A stretch of 64,000 bases of DNA from Bryobacterales bacterium (GCA_041394905.1 JAWKHJ010000013.1:49306-113305); one strand, 5' to 3'. Positions 1 through 10,312 are shown, counted from the first letter of the stretch. Notes: generated from the sequence alone by a model not told the origin. Made by a program: numbers and translations.

Positions 1-476
1 AGGACGTTGAAGTCGGCGGGGTCGGAAATGCGGCAGGAGAACGTGTATTGTTGGTCCGGCGTCTCATCCAAGATCATCTCGCCGTCGGCGACGAATGCGC
101 TCGCGCTGCCCGCGGACGATCCGTTGTCCACGCGGATCGCGAATGCGCGGCCCGGCTCGTCAGGGAACTGCGGGATGGTGAACTGGCAGGACAGGATCGC
201 GCCGCCTGTCGTTTGACGCTGCAAGTCGAAGCTGTAGTCGACTTTGGCCGATACCTTCGCGGTGCGGTGCCTAGAGTCCACCGGCGCGTTGACGACGAGT
301 GTGTTGTCCGCTCCCGGCGTGAAGGTTTGGGACTTTCCCGCGAACGAGCGGAACCGCTCTCCCTCCGGCGTAATCGTGATCTCTCGCAGCGTGATCGAGC
401 CAACTTGTGCGGAAATTACAGACGCAAAGCTGAGGCAGAGAGGGATGGCGAGCAGCCCCTTGCCGGAAAACAACAT
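1..476 (-). CDS. secreted hypothetical protein, N-terminal part only (gene runs off the left edge)
   Basis: Manual minus-strand translation from ATG 476..474 gives MLFSGKGLLAIPLCLSFASVISAQVGS..., a signal-peptide-like start. The frame stays open to position 1. It is absent from the ORF track because no stop lies in the window. No family recognised. Confidence 0.5.
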   Translation of the reverse strand, partial: MLFSGKGLLAIPLCLSFASVISAQVGSITLREITITPEGERFRSFAGKSQTFTPGADNTLVVNAPVDSRHRTAKVSAKVDYSFDLQRQTTGGAILSCQFTIPQFPDEPGRAFAIRVDNGSSAGSASAFVADGEMILDETPDQQYTFSCRISDPADFNV

Positions 477-532
477 GCCTGGACCGTATCATGCGGCCCA
501 GGGCGGGCTCTCTAAGGTCTTTGCCCCGAAAA

Positions 533-2883
533 TCAGCTCGGGCGGTTTGTATTCTCGCTGGGACGGAGGGTGATGCGGACACACTTCTGCGCGGGTTGAT
601 TGCTGTCGGCGTCCACTGAGCCGATCGCGACGAGCACGTTGGTTTCTGGGAAGTAGCCGGCGGCGGATTTGCGCGCGATGGGATAGGCGACGATGCGGAA
701 ACGGCGGGCAGTGCGCGTCTCGTCGCGGAAGCGGCTGGTGATGTCGACCCATTGGCCGTCGGCGAGGCCAAGCTCGCGCAGGTCTTCGGGATTGACGAAG
801 AGGACGCGCCGTCCGCCCCAAACGCCGCGGTAGCGGTCGTCCAGCCCGTAGACGGCCGTGTTGAACTGATCGTGGCTGCGGACGGTGGTCATCATCAGTT
901 CCCCTGGTTTGAGGTCATGTTTGGGGATGCCGCAGACGGAGAACTTCGCCTTTCCGGTGGAGGTGCGGAACACGCGCTCCCGCGCTGGGTTGGGCAGGTA
1001 GAAGAAACCTTTGTGCAGGCGCTCGTTGAAGTTTTCGAAGCCCGGGATGACGCGCGCGATGTGGTCGCGGATGCGGTCGTGGTCGAGCAGGGATTCCCAG
1101 TCGACCGGGCTGTCGCCGTCGAACGTGGCTTGCGCGACGCGCACGAGGATCTCGGTGTCGCTCATCAGGTCGTCCGACACGGGCTTTTCGCGACCGCGCG
1201 ACGGGTTGACGATGCCCATCGAGTCTTCCGCGCTCGAGAGCTGGGGCTTGCCGTCCTGCACGGCGCTTTCTGCGCGGCCGAGACAGGGAAGAACGATCTG
1301 CTCCTTGCCGCCAAGCAGGTGGCCGCGGTGCAGTTTGGTCGAAACGTGGACGACCAGCGGACAGCGCGCGAACGCCTCGGTCGTGAAATGGACGTCGGGC
1401 GCGGCCGAGAGCAAGTTGCCGCTGATGGCGAAGAAGACCTTGGTCTTGCCCTCGTGCATCGCATGCAGCGATTCGACGACGTCGCTGCCTTCCTGGCGTG
1501 GCGAGCGGATGCCCATCTCTTGGTCCAACGCGGCCAGGAAGGACTCCGGCGGCCGCTCCCAGATGCCCATCGTGCGGTCGCCCTGCACGTTGCTGTGGCC
1601 GCGTACGCAGCAAGGGCCTGCGCCGGGGCGGCCGATGTGTCCGCCCAGCAGCAACAGATTGATGACCTGCCGAACGTTTTCCACGCCGTTCGGATGCTGC
1701 GTGAGCCCGAGACACCACAGCACGATCATTCCCTTGGCCGCGCCGATGGTGTCGGCGAGCTTTTCGATCGTGGCGCGGTCAACGCCGCTGCTTTCGAGGA
1801 TCTCGGACCAATTCGTGCGCTCGAGACCGGCCGCGAAGTCCTCGAAGCCGCTCGTATGTTGGGCGAGGAACTCCCGGTCGACAACCGTGCCCGGCGCTTC
1901 GCGGTCGCGCTCGACGAGCAGCTTCATTACGCCTTGCAGCAGGGCAGCATCGCCGTTGACGCGCACGGGCACGTAGAGGTCCGTCCGCGCCGTGCCTTGC
2001 CCGAGTAGCTTGAAGGGCAGCGCGAGCGGGTTTGCGTAGTCCTGCGGGTTCGGTTGATCACCCGCATGAGCCCGGTCTCAGGCATTGGGTTGATCGAGAT
2101 GATGCGGGCGCCGCGATGCTTGGCCGCCTCGAGGGTGGTGAGCATGCGCGGGTGATTGGTGCCGGGGTTGTTGCCGATGATGACGATCGTGTCGCAGTGA
2201 TCGAAATCCTCGAGAGTCGCCGTGCCCTTGCCGATGCCGATCATGTCCCGCAGCGCCGTGCCGCTGGCTTCGTGACACATGTTCGAGCAGTCGGGCAGGT
2301 TGTTCGTCCCGAGCTGCCGCGCGAGAAGCTGGAACAGGAACGCGGCCTCGTTGACGGTCTTGCCGGAGGTGTAGAAGACCGCCTCATCGGGGTCGGAGAG
2401 CTCACGCAGCCGTTTGCCGATGCGTGTGAAGGCGTCGCTCCACGAGATGGGCTCGTAGTGGGTAGCGCCTTCGCGCTTGATCATCGGGTGCGTGAGTCGG
2501 CCCTGTGCGTTGAGCCAATAGTCGGACTGCTCGAGCATGTCGGCGATCGAGTGTTGGGCGAAGAACTCCGGCCCAGCTTTGCGCCGGGTCAGCTCGTCCG
2601 CGATTGCTTTCGCACCGTTCTCGCAAAACTCGGCGATTTTGCGGTGTGCGTCCGGGCTCGGCCACGCACAACTCTGGCAGTCGAACCCGTCCTCTTTGTT
2701 GACGTAGAGAAAGGCGCGAACCGAACGCAGCGGTCCGGCCTCGAGCAGGCCGTACCGCATGGTTTGCATGATCGCTGGGATGCCGGCGGCCTTGCGCGAA
2801 CGGCGGTCTACGTCAACCTCGCGCGGCGCCCGCTCCTCGGGGGTTTCGCCTTCGAGCAGCGGGTTGCGGGGCGCGTCCGGCAT
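533..2883 (-). pseudogene. YdeP/FdhF-like molybdopterin oxidoreductase, one frame change near 2045-2060
   Basis: ORF 1927..2883 (..DGFDCQSCAWPSP.., NNLPDCSNMCHEASG, IIGNNPGTNHPR) and ORF 533..1972 are the N- and C-terminal parts of one protein. A third frame reads ..QPNPQDYANPLALPFKLLGQGTARTDLYVPVRVNGD.. and bridges the two ORFs. Confidence 0.8.
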
Positions 2884-2903
2884 TGCGCCATGAGTGTAGC
2901 GAA

Positions 2904-4583
2904 TTACTTCTGGCGCTTCTGCATGCGCGCCCAGGTGTCGCGTAGCTCTACGGTGCGATTGAAGACAAGCTTGTCCGCTGTGGACGTCTTGTCGGCACAG
3001 AAGTAGCCCATACGCTCGAATTGAACGCGGTCACCGGGCTTGGCGGCCGCGAGCGCAGGCTCGGCCTTACCCTCGATCACTTCGAGCGAGTTGGGATTCA
3101 GGTTCGCCGTGAAGTCCTGGCCCTCTTCCACCTCGTTTGGGTTCTCTTTGTCGAAGAGCTTGTCGTAGAGGCGAATCTCGATGGGAACGGCCTGCGCCGC
3201 CGAGACCCAGTGGATGGTCGACTTGACCTTGCGCGTTTCGTGGCCGCTGGCGGTCTCCGGGTCGTAGGTGCAATGGATCTCGATGATCTCGCCCGTGGCG
3301 GAATCCTTCACGAAGTCTTCGCACTTGATGATGTAGCCGTAACGCAGCCGCGCCTCGTTGCCCGGGTAGAGCCGGTGGTAGCCCTTAGGCGGCTCTTCGC
3401 GGAAATCGTCCTGCTCGATCCACAACTCTCGCGTGAAGGGAACTGAGCGCGTACCGGCGTCCGGATCTTCCGGGTTGTTGACGGCCTCCTTGATCTCGAC
3501 TCGGCCCTCGGGGAAGTTCGTCAGGACAAGCTTGAGCGGACGCAGCACGGCCATCACGCGCGGCGAGGTGCGGTTGAGGTCGTTGCGAATGTGGTGCTCG
3601 AGCTTCTCGAGCTCGGTGACGCCGTTGGTCTTCGAGACGCCCAGGTCGCGGGCGAAACTGCGCAGGCCTTCGGGCGAATAGCCGCGGCGACGCATCCCGC
3701 TGATAGTCGGCATGCGCGGATCGTCCCAGCCTTCCACCGCGCCCTGCTGCACCAACTGCAACAGCTTGCGCTTGCTCATCACGGTGTAGGTCAGGTTGAA
3801 GCGGTCGAACTCGATCTGCTGCGGATGGAAAACTCCGAGCTGATCGAGGAACCAGTCGTACAGCGGGCGGTGATCCTCAAACTCGAGCGTGCAGATCGAG
3901 TGTGTGATGCCTTCGATCGAGTCGCTCTGCCCGTGCGCCCAGTCGTACATCGGATAAATGCACCACTTGTTGCCGGTGCGGTGATGTTCGGCGTGCAGGA
4001 TGCGGTACATCACCGGATCGCGCATGTTCAGGTTCGGCGACGCCATGTCGATCTTGGCGCGCAGCGTGCGCGACCCGTCGGCAAACTCTCCGGCTTTCAT
4101 GCGCGAAAACAGGTCGAGGTTTTCGTCGACGCTGCGGTCGCGGTAGGGACTGTTCGTTCCCGGTTGGGTGAGCGTGCCGCGCGACTGGCGCACTTGCTCG
4201 CCGTTCAGGTCGCAGACGTACGCCTTGCCCTTCTGGATCAGCTCGACCGCCCAATCATAGAGCTGCTGAAAGTAGTCGGAAGCGTAGAAGATGCGGTCGC
4301 CGAAATCGCCGCCCAGCCACTTGACGTCTTCGATGATCGACTGGACGTACTCGGACTCTTCCTTGGTCGGGTTCGTGTCGTCGAAGCGCAAATTGCACTT
4401 ACCGCCAAACTCTTCGGCCAAACCGAAATTGACGGTGATGCTCTTGGCGTGGCCGACGTGCAGGTAGCCGTTCGGTTCCGGCGGAAAGCGAGTGTGGACG
4501 CGCCCCTGGTAGCGGCCGCTGTCGGTATCGGCGCGCACCATGTCGCGCAAAAAATTCGAACGGGGCAGATCGGCGTCCGTCAT
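2904..4583 (-). CDS. glnS: glutaminyl-tRNA synthetase
   Basis: 559 aa intact ORF. Class I signatures [17 protein letters not shown] and VMSKRKL, with full-length GlnRS-like sequence. Confidence 0.95.
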   Translation of the reverse strand: MTDADLPRSNFLRDMVRADTDSGRYQGRVHTRFPPEPNGYLHVGHAKSITVNFGLAEEFGGKCNLRFDDTNPTKEESEYVQSIIEDVKWLGGDFGDRIFYASDYFQQLYDWAVELIQKGKAYVCDLNGEQVRQSRGTLTQPGTNSPYRDRSVDENLDLFSRMKAGEFADGSRTLRAKIDMASPNLNMRDPVMYRILHAEHHRTGNKWCIYPMYDWAHGQSDSIEGITHSICTLEFEDHRPLYDWFLDQLGVFHPQQIEFDRFNLTYTVMSKRKLLQLVQQGAVEGWDDPRMPTISGMRRRGYSPEGLRSFARDLGVSKTNGVTELEKLEHHIRNDLNRTSPRVMAVLRPLKLVLTNFPEGRVEIKEAVNNPEDPDAGTRSVPFTRELWIEQDDFREEPPKGYHRLYPGNEARLRYGYIIKCEDFVKDSATGEIIEIHCTYDPETASGHETRKVKSTIHWVSAAQAVPIEIRLYDKLFDKENPNEVEEGQDFTANLNPNSLEVIEGKAEPALAAAKPGDRVQFERMGYFCADKTSTADKLVFNRTVELRDTWARMQKRQK

Positions 4584-6010
4584 AGCAGGGCTCCCAAAGC
4601 AGAATCGAGGCGGGCGAGGACGTCTTCGCGTCCGACAGCCTCGAGCGTTTCAAAAAGAGGAGGCGCGTTCTTGCGTCCGCACACGGCCACGCGAATGGGC
4701 TGGAACATCTGTCCGGCCTTGACGCCGAGCGCGTCGGAGGCGTCGCGCAGCACGGTCTCGAGCGTGGCGTGGTCGAAGGCGGGCGCGGCGGCGAGAGCCT
4801 CTTTGGCCTTGCGCAGCGCGTCAGCCGCCATCGCGGCGTCGCCCTTCTTCGGGATCAGCTCTTCGACGTCGTAGCTCTGCGGCGCAACGAAGAAGAAGTC
4901 CGCGACGGAGGCGACCTCTCCCAGCAGGCGGATGCGCTCCTGGATCAGCGGCGTGATCGTGCGCAGCTTCTGCTCGGTCGCCCCCTCGAAGCCCGCTTGC
5001 TCTGCGTAGGGCTGCAGCCGGCGAGTCAGTTCGTCGAGATCGAGCGAGCGGATGTGCTCGGCGTTCAGCCAGAGCGCCTTCGGGTCGAAGGGCTCTTCTT
5101 CGGTGAAGTTGATGATCGCGTTGGCACGATTGATGCCGTCGAGTGAGAAGAGCTCGGTGAGCTCGCCGAGCGACATCTTCTCGCGATCGTTCTTGGGCGA
5201 CCAGCCCAGCAGACACAAGAAATTGACGAAGGCGTGCGGCAAGAAGCCGGCGTCGCGGTAGGTGGTCACACTGACCACCGGACCGTGGATGCGCTTGGAA
5301 AGCTTCGTGCCGTCGGGCGCCATCAGCAGCGGCAGGTGCGCCATGCGCGGGGCCTGCGCGCCGAGGGCCTCGAAGATGAGCATGTGCTTGAAAGTGTTCG
5401 CCAGATGCTCTTGGCCGCGCAGAATGTCCGTAATGCGCAGGTCGGCGTCATCGGCGCACGAGGCCATGTGGTAGGTCGGCACGCCGGAGGAGCGCAGCAG
5501 CGCGAAGTCCTCCAGGTCGCCCGTCGACTTGGTCACCCTGCCATAAACGCCGTCGTCGACCACAACCTCTTCGCCCGCCCCGCGCGGCACGCGGAAGCGC
5601 AGCACGAACGGCTCGCCCGCGTCGGCGCGGCGGTCGCTCTCTTCGCGTGTCAGCTCGCGCATGCCGGGGTTGAACAGCCACCCGCCGGTCTGATTCTCCG
5701 GCTGCGCGTCGGCCGGCGTGAAGTCGCGGTACGCCAGCCCCTTCTCGAAGATCGACCAGGCGGCCTGGCGATGCAGATCCAGCCGGTCGGACTGGCGGTA
5801 GAGCTCGTCCCAGCCCAGCTCGAGCCACTCCAGGCCCTCAAAAATGGAGTCGAGAGACGCCTGTGTGTTGCGCTCCACGTCAGTGTCGTCGATGCGCAGG
5901 ACGACCTGACCGCCTTGGCGGCGGGCGTGGAGCCAGTTGAAGATGAACGTCCGGGCGCCCCCGATGTGGAGGTAGCCCGTCGGCGACGGCGCGAAGCGAA
6001 CACGAATCAT
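4580..6010 (-). CDS. gltX: glutamyl-tRNA synthetase
   Basis: 476 aa intact [20 protein letters not shown] and KLSKR motifs. Its stop overlaps the glnS start (ATGA at 4580-4583). Confidence 0.95.
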   Translation of the reverse strand: MIRVRFAPSPTGYLHIGGARTFIFNWLHARRQGGQVVLRIDDTDVERNTQASLDSIFEGLEWLELGWDELYRQSDRLDLHRQAAWSIFEKGLAYRDFTPADAQPENQTGGWLFNPGMRELTREESDRRADAGEPFVLRFRVPRGAGEEVVVDDGVYGRVTKSTGDLEDFALLRSSGVPTYHMASCADDADLRITDILRGQEHLANTFKHMLIFEALGAQAPRMAHLPLLMAPDGTKLSKRIHGPVVSVTTYRDAGFLPHAFVNFLCLLGWSPKNDREKMSLGELTELFSLDGINRANAIINFTEEEPFDPKALWLNAEHIRSLDLDELTRRLQPYAEQAGFEGATEQKLRTITPLIQERIRLLGEVASVADFFFVAPQSYDVEELIPKKGDAAMAADALRKAKEALAAAPAFDHATLETVLRDASDALGVKAGQMFQPIRVAVCGRKNAPPLFETLEAVGREDVLARLDSALGALL

Positions 6011-6084
6011 AGCTGGAAATTTAAGAGTAGCTCAGGCCCGTGGCGCCACGGGCGGCTCTTGCAGTGCGAGGCGGGTGATCTATT

Positions 6085-6110
6085 GTGATATTCAGGATGC
6101 ATCTTTATAG
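6085..6110 (+). promoter_or_regulatory. operator-like motif ATGCATCTTTATAG overlapping the start of the CxxCH paralog A / Rrf2 unit
   Basis: Core ATGCATCTT at 6097-6105, preceded by TGTGATATT (extended -10-like). The same 9-mer plus (T)ATAG recurs at 8579-8590 in front of the truncated hemoglobin. The reverse complement AAGATGCAT resembles the NsrR half-site as I recall it (AAnATGCATTT). Confidence 0.35.
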
Positions 6111-7425
6111 GTCGCGTTGGATCGTCCTGGCGCTTGGGGCGCTGGCGGGTGCGGTACTGCTGTCAGGCCAACCGGCTAGCCTGATCGACGAGACGCGCAC
6201 GCTGCCTTCCGAGCATCCCGCCATTGACTACTGGAGCGCGGAGCCGGACGACGCCATCGCGCGCTTGCAGCGTCGCCTGGAAAGCGGCGAGGCGACGCTC
6301 GAGCATGACGCCCGTTTCGGCTATCTGCCGGCGGTTCTGGAAGCGCTCGACGTTCCGGTCTCGTCGCAGATCCTCGTGTTCTCGAAAACCAGCTTCCAGG
6401 CTGTGCGGATCTTCCCGCGAATGCCGCGCGCGATCTATCACAACGACACCATTTCAGTCGGCTGGGTGCGTAGCGGCGACGTCGTAGAGGTAGCCTCGCT
6501 CGACCCGAAGCTCGGCGTCGTCTTCTACACGCTGGACCAAGCTCGCCGCTCGCAACCGCGCTTCCAGCTACGCACCACCGAATGCATCTCCTGCCACGCC
6601 GGCCCGGCGACACTCGGCATTCCGGGCCTGCTGGTGCGCTCGGTCCACCCCGATCGCAGCGGCGCTCCCTTGCGTGCTCCCACCTTCATCACCGACCACC
6701 GCAGCCCGATCGAGGACCGCTGGGGCGGCTGGTACGTCTCTGGCGAGAGCGGCGCGCGACGGCACTTGGGCAACGTGATCTACGAGGTCGGCCGCCAGCC
6801 GTCGAGTCTGCTCGACGGCAAGCCGGGAATGACTTCGAGCCTCGAGCCTTACGTCAGCGACGTCAACTACCTGCGCGCGACCAGCGACGTCGTCTCCCTG
6901 ATGGCGCTCGAGCACCAGACGCGCATGACTAACCTGATTGTCCGATTGGGCTACGAGACGCGCATCGCACTGCATGACCAGCCAGGCGTCGATTCGCTCG
7001 CCCATCTCGGCGAGGGAAGTCGCGAGACGATCCGCAACACAGCCGAGGAACTACTCCGCTACACACTCTTCATCGACGAGGCGCCGCTCGATGAACCTGT
7101 TCGCGGTAGTGCCGACTTCGCACGCGACTTTGAGGCTGCTGGCAAGCGCGACCACCAAGGCCGCTCGCTGCACGAACTCGACCTCGACGGTCGCCTGCTG
7201 CGCTATCCGTGCAGTTATATGATCGAGTCCGACGCGTTTGAAGCGTTGCCCACCCTTGCCAAGGCCTATCTCTACGAGCGCCTGTGGGCCGTGCTCAGCG
7301 GGAAGGATCGCTCCGAGCCTTATGCGGGGCTCGCGGCGGAAGACCGTCAAGCGATCGCGGAGATCTTGGCCGACACTAAGGACGATCTGCCCGACTATTG
7401 GATGAAGAGCGCCGCTGGGCGATGA
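6097..7425 (+). CDS. uncharacterised secreted protein with a single heme-c motif (CISCH), paralog A
   Basis: The ORF track starts at GTG 6085. ATG 6097 gives MHLYRSRWIVLALGALAGAVLLSG, which is signal-peptide-like. Contains TECISCHAG. It aligns block by block with ORF 9087..10202 (FSKTSFQAVRIFPRMPRAIYHNDTISVGWVRSG vs FSKTSAQFRLISPRSPRAVYFNDDVYVGWVRGG). Confidence 0.7.
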   Translation: MHLYRSRWIVLALGALAGAVLLSGQPASLIDETRTLPSEHPAIDYWSAEPDDAIARLQRRLESGEATLEHDARFGYLPAVLEALDVPVSSQILVFSKTSFQAVRIFPRMPRAIYHNDTISVGWVRSGDVVEVASLDPKLGVVFYTLDQARRSQPRFQLRTTECISCHAGPATLGIPGLLVRSVHPDRSGAPLRAPTFITDHRSPIEDRWGGWYVSGESGARRHLGNVIYEVGRQPSSLLDGKPGMTSSLEPYVSDVNYLRATSDVVSLMALEHQTRMTNLIVRLGYETRIALHDQPGVDSLAHLGEGSRETIRNTAEELLRYTLFIDEAPLDEPVRGSADFARDFEAAGKRDHQGRSLHELDLDGRLLRYPCSYMIESDAFEALPTLAKAYLYERLWAVLSGKDRSEPYAGLAAEDRQAIAEILADTKDDLPDYWMKSAAGR

Positions 7426-7432
7426 GAAGCGC

Positions 7433-7912
7433 ATGCACCTGACCTTTCACACCGACTACGCTCTGCGCGTTCTGCTTTATCTGCGTCTGCGCGGAGAAGA
7501 GAAGTCGACCGTGCAAGAGATCGCCGACGCCTATGCGATCTCGAAGAACCATCTGATGAAGGTCGTGCAACGGCTCGCCGGGTTGGGTTACGTGGACGCG
7601 AGCCGCGGTCGAGGTGGCGGGCTGCTGCTGGCGCTTGCGCCGGAGCAGGTGAACCTGGGCCGTCTGGTCGAGCAGATGGAGCCGAGCCTCGACTTGGTGG
7701 AATGCTTCGACATGGAGACGAACACATGCGCGATTGCGCCGGTGTGCGACTTGAAGGGCGTGCTGGGCGAGGCGCAACGGGCCTTCTTGCGCACGCTGCA
7801 CGGTTACACACTGGCGGACCTGGGGCAGCGCAAGAAGAAGCTACAAACGATTCTGGGAATCCCAACGGCTGAGGCTAGTGCGGCTGAGGCGCACGCATCC
7901 GGAAGTGCGTGA
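7433..7912 (+). CDS. Rrf2-family transcriptional regulator (NsrR/IscR-like, three-Cys cluster site)
   Basis: MHLTFHTDYALRVLLYL.. is a winged-HTH N-terminus typical of Rrf2. Cys triad ECFDMETNTCAIAPVC (C-x7-C-x5-C). Starts 7 nt after paralog A. Confidence 0.85.
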   Translation: MHLTFHTDYALRVLLYLRLRGEEKSTVQEIADAYAISKNHLMKVVQRLAGLGYVDASRGRGGGLLLALAPEQVNLGRLVEQMEPSLDLVECFDMETNTCAIAPVCDLKGVLGEAQRAFLRTLHGYTLADLGQRKKKLQTILGIPTAEASAAEAHASGSA

Positions 7913-8521
7913 TCGTCCCGATCGCGAGCTCGCGCGTGCGCAGCGCCTCGAGCTGTTCCGCGCCCGTTGCCGCGAGCAGCTCCTCGAAGCCGCCATCGGC
8001 GTGGTCCTCGGTTTCAGCGAAGCCGTCGACCAGGCGGACGATCACGAAGCCCAGCCGCGCCGAGCCTTTGGGTTCGGTCCAGTCGGTGACGAACAGGCGT
8101 CCGCCCGGACGCAGCACCCGCAGCGCCTCGGCCAGCCCGGCTTGCTTGGTTTGACGCTTCATGTGGTGCAGCATCAGCGTCATCGTCACGCGGTCGAATG
8201 TCGCGTCAGGGAAGGGAAGAGCCTGCGCAAAACCCGCCACCCAGGAGGCTTTACCCGCCGTCTGCGTGTGGGCGTGGCGCAGCATGGAGACGTCCGGGTC
8301 GAGGCCCACCATGCGCGCTTCGGGCTCGATAGTGAGCGCGGCTTGCGCCAGCGTTCCCGGGCCGCAGCCCAGGTCGAGCGCGCATCCCCGGCTGCAGCTC
8401 GAGGTCGCGCGCGATCACGTGCGGCAGATCGGTGAGCGAAAACCAACGCACAACACGGACATAGAGCGACACGGACCGCCAACGGCCCAGCGCGGGAACC
8501 CATTTCTTCGAGGCTGCTCAT
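7875..8521 (-). pseudogene. class I SAM-dependent methyltransferase (UbiE/COQ5-like), two frame changes near 8380-8390 and 8465-8480
   Basis: ORF 7875..8312 holds the C-terminal part (FDRVTMTLMLHHM, LRPGGRLFV). Another frame reads ALDLGCGPGTLAQAALTIEPEARMVGLDPD (motif I). The N-terminal pieces lie in ORFs 8251..8472 and 8186..8521. Confidence 0.7.
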
Positions 8522-8564
8522 CGAAAGGCTCCGTTCTGTTGACGATCCATCAGCCGCATGCTTA

Positions 8565-8587
8565 AAGTAGTATTATGAATGCATCTT
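8565..8587 (+). promoter_or_regulatory. imperfect 11-1-11 inverted repeat AAGTAGTATTA-t-GAATGCATCTT at the truncated hemoglobin start (NsrR-type operator candidate)
   Basis: Read directly from the sequence. The right half matches the E. coli NsrR half-site as I recall it (AAATGCATnTT) at 10 of 11 positions. The left half is self-complementary to it at 7 of 11. It overlaps ATG 8575. No Shine-Dalgarno sequence lies upstream, and TTGACG at 8539-8544 is a possible -35. Confidence 0.35.
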
Positions 8588-9011
8588 ATAGCCTTCGTCC
8601 ACCCCTGAGCGTCATAGGCCGCCCCGGCGGCGTCTCTGACCAGGTCGATCCCGGCGTGATCGGTGCGGTCGTCGACGATTTCTATCGCTCTGCGCGGCAG
8701 GATGCGGATTTGGGGCCGGTTTTCGATGCGCATGTGCAGGACTGGGACTCGCATTTGGCGACCATGCGAAGGTTCTGGGCTTCGGTGCTGCTGGGCGAGC
8801 GCAGCTATTCCGGCAACCCGTTCGTCAAGCATGCGGCCGTGCCGGAGCTGAGCGCCGATCATTTTCGCAAATGGCTTACGCTTTTTCTAAGACGTTGAGT
8901 CGGCACTGCGCCCCCGACGACGCCGCCGCCTGGGAGCGCACCGCCCGGCGGATGGGGTTTGCCATGTCGTCGCGCCTTGGATTCGGTGAGATCGAGGATC
9001 TGCTGCCGTGA
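8575..9011 (+). pseudogene. group III truncated hemoglobin, one frame change in a T5 run (8882-8886)
   Basis: ORF 8575..8898 (..VIGAVVDDFYRSARQDADLGPVFDAHVQDWDSHLATMRRFWASVLLGERSYSGNPFVKH..) looks like a trHb III. One extra T would give WLTLFSKTLSRHCAPDDAAAWERTARRMGFAMSS..LLP, with the stop at 9009-9011. Confidence 0.75.
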
Positions 9012-10202
9012 AACTGCTGCGCCGCTCTCTGTTGGGCCTCTCTGCTCACCGCCGCGCTCGGCCTCGGTGCGAACCCGGTCGAGCGGTTGCAGCAGCGCAT
9101 CGACGCGGGCGAGGTCCGGCTCGAGTATACGGCGCCGCGCGGCTATCTCGATTCGCTGCTGGAGGCCTTTGGCATCGATCCACAAACGCAGACGCTGGTC
9201 TTTTCGAAGACGAGCGCGCAGTTTCGGCTGATCTCTCCACGCTCGCCGCGCGCGGTCTACTTCAACGACGATGTCTACGTAGGTTGGGTGCGCGGCGGTC
9301 CGATCCTCGAAATCTCGACGGCGGACACGGAGCGCGGCGCGGCATTCTATGTCCTACTGCAGGACGCCAACGCAAAGCCCAAGCTCATGCGCGACGTGGG
9401 CGGGCAGTGCCTGCAATGTCACGAGTCGGGACGTACGGGGCGTGTTCCCGGGCACCTGACACGTTCGCTCTACGTCGCGCCCGACGGCCAGCCGGAGCTG
9501 CGCCTGGGCAGCGTGGACGTCGACCAGACGACTCCGCTTTCCGAGCGTTTCGGCGGCTGGTTCGTCACCGACGCCGTGTTCGATCATCGCGGCAACCAGC
9601 TGTTGACGTCCCCCAACGACACGGAGACGACGACGCCGGTGTGGTTTGAGGACGTTCCTCGCAACGAGGAGTACCTGCGCCGCGACAGCAGCGTGCTGGC
9701 GCACCTGCTGCTGGCGCACCAGACGCAGACACACAACCGCATTGCGCGCGCGGGGCTGGAGGCGCGGAAGGCGATTGAATATCGCGACGAGATGCGACGG
9801 CTCTTCGGTGGCCCGAGCGAAGAGACCGAGGCGTCGGTGAAACGCCGCATCGCCGCGCCAGCCGAAGAACTGCTCGACTACCTGCTCTTCTCCAAGGAAG
9901 CCGCGCTACCGCCCGGCCGATACGCCGATACGCCGTTCGCCAGGTCGTTCTCGCAACGCGGTCCGCTCTACGCGCTCGACCTGCGAACACGCCTGCTGCG
10001 CGTTCCGCTCAGCTACCTGATCGCCTCGGAGTCTTTTGACGCGCTGCCGCCGGAGACGCTGGATTATCTGCGGGGCCGCTTCGTGCAGATCCTCGAAGGT
10101 GAAGACAAGAGTGGACGCTTCGCCCACCTCACGCCGGCCGATCGCGAGGCGGTCCGGCGGCTTCTACAAGCCGAGAAGCCAGGGTTCTTGCCCGCAAATT
10201 GA
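9008..10202 (+). pseudogene. uncharacterised secreted protein with a single heme-c motif (CLQCH), paralog B, frame change near 9026-9044
   Basis: ORF 9087..10202 carries GGQCLQCHESG and is paralogous to 6097..7425. GTG 9008 overlaps the trHb stop (GTGA) and gives MKLLRRSLLGLS. The next frame continues ..LLTAALGLGANPVERLQQRID, so the signal peptide is split across two frames in a CT-repeat context. Confidence 0.7.
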
Positions 10203-10233
10203 GAAGCACGTTCCCTGATGCAATCCGTCAGTG

Positions 10234-10257
10234 CCGCACCTGTGAAGGTGCGGTTTT
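10234..10257 (+). terminator. intrinsic terminator after paralog B
   Basis: CCGCACC-tgtgaa-GGTGCGG followed by TTTT, 32 nt after the stop at 10202. Confidence 0.6.
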
Positions 10258-10312
10258 CGGAGGCTTCCAAGGTCGTGAATCCCCCTCTTTGTGGCGCAGG
10301 CCGCCTTGCGTT

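Noticed and set aside
2045-2060. Programmed frameshift or selenocysteine recoding in the FdhF/YdeP-like gene.
   Set aside because: There is no in-frame TGA at the catalytic position and no slippery heptamer or downstream structure. Identical-looking single-site frame breaks occur in many unrelated genes of the window, so a plain indel is the simpler explanation.
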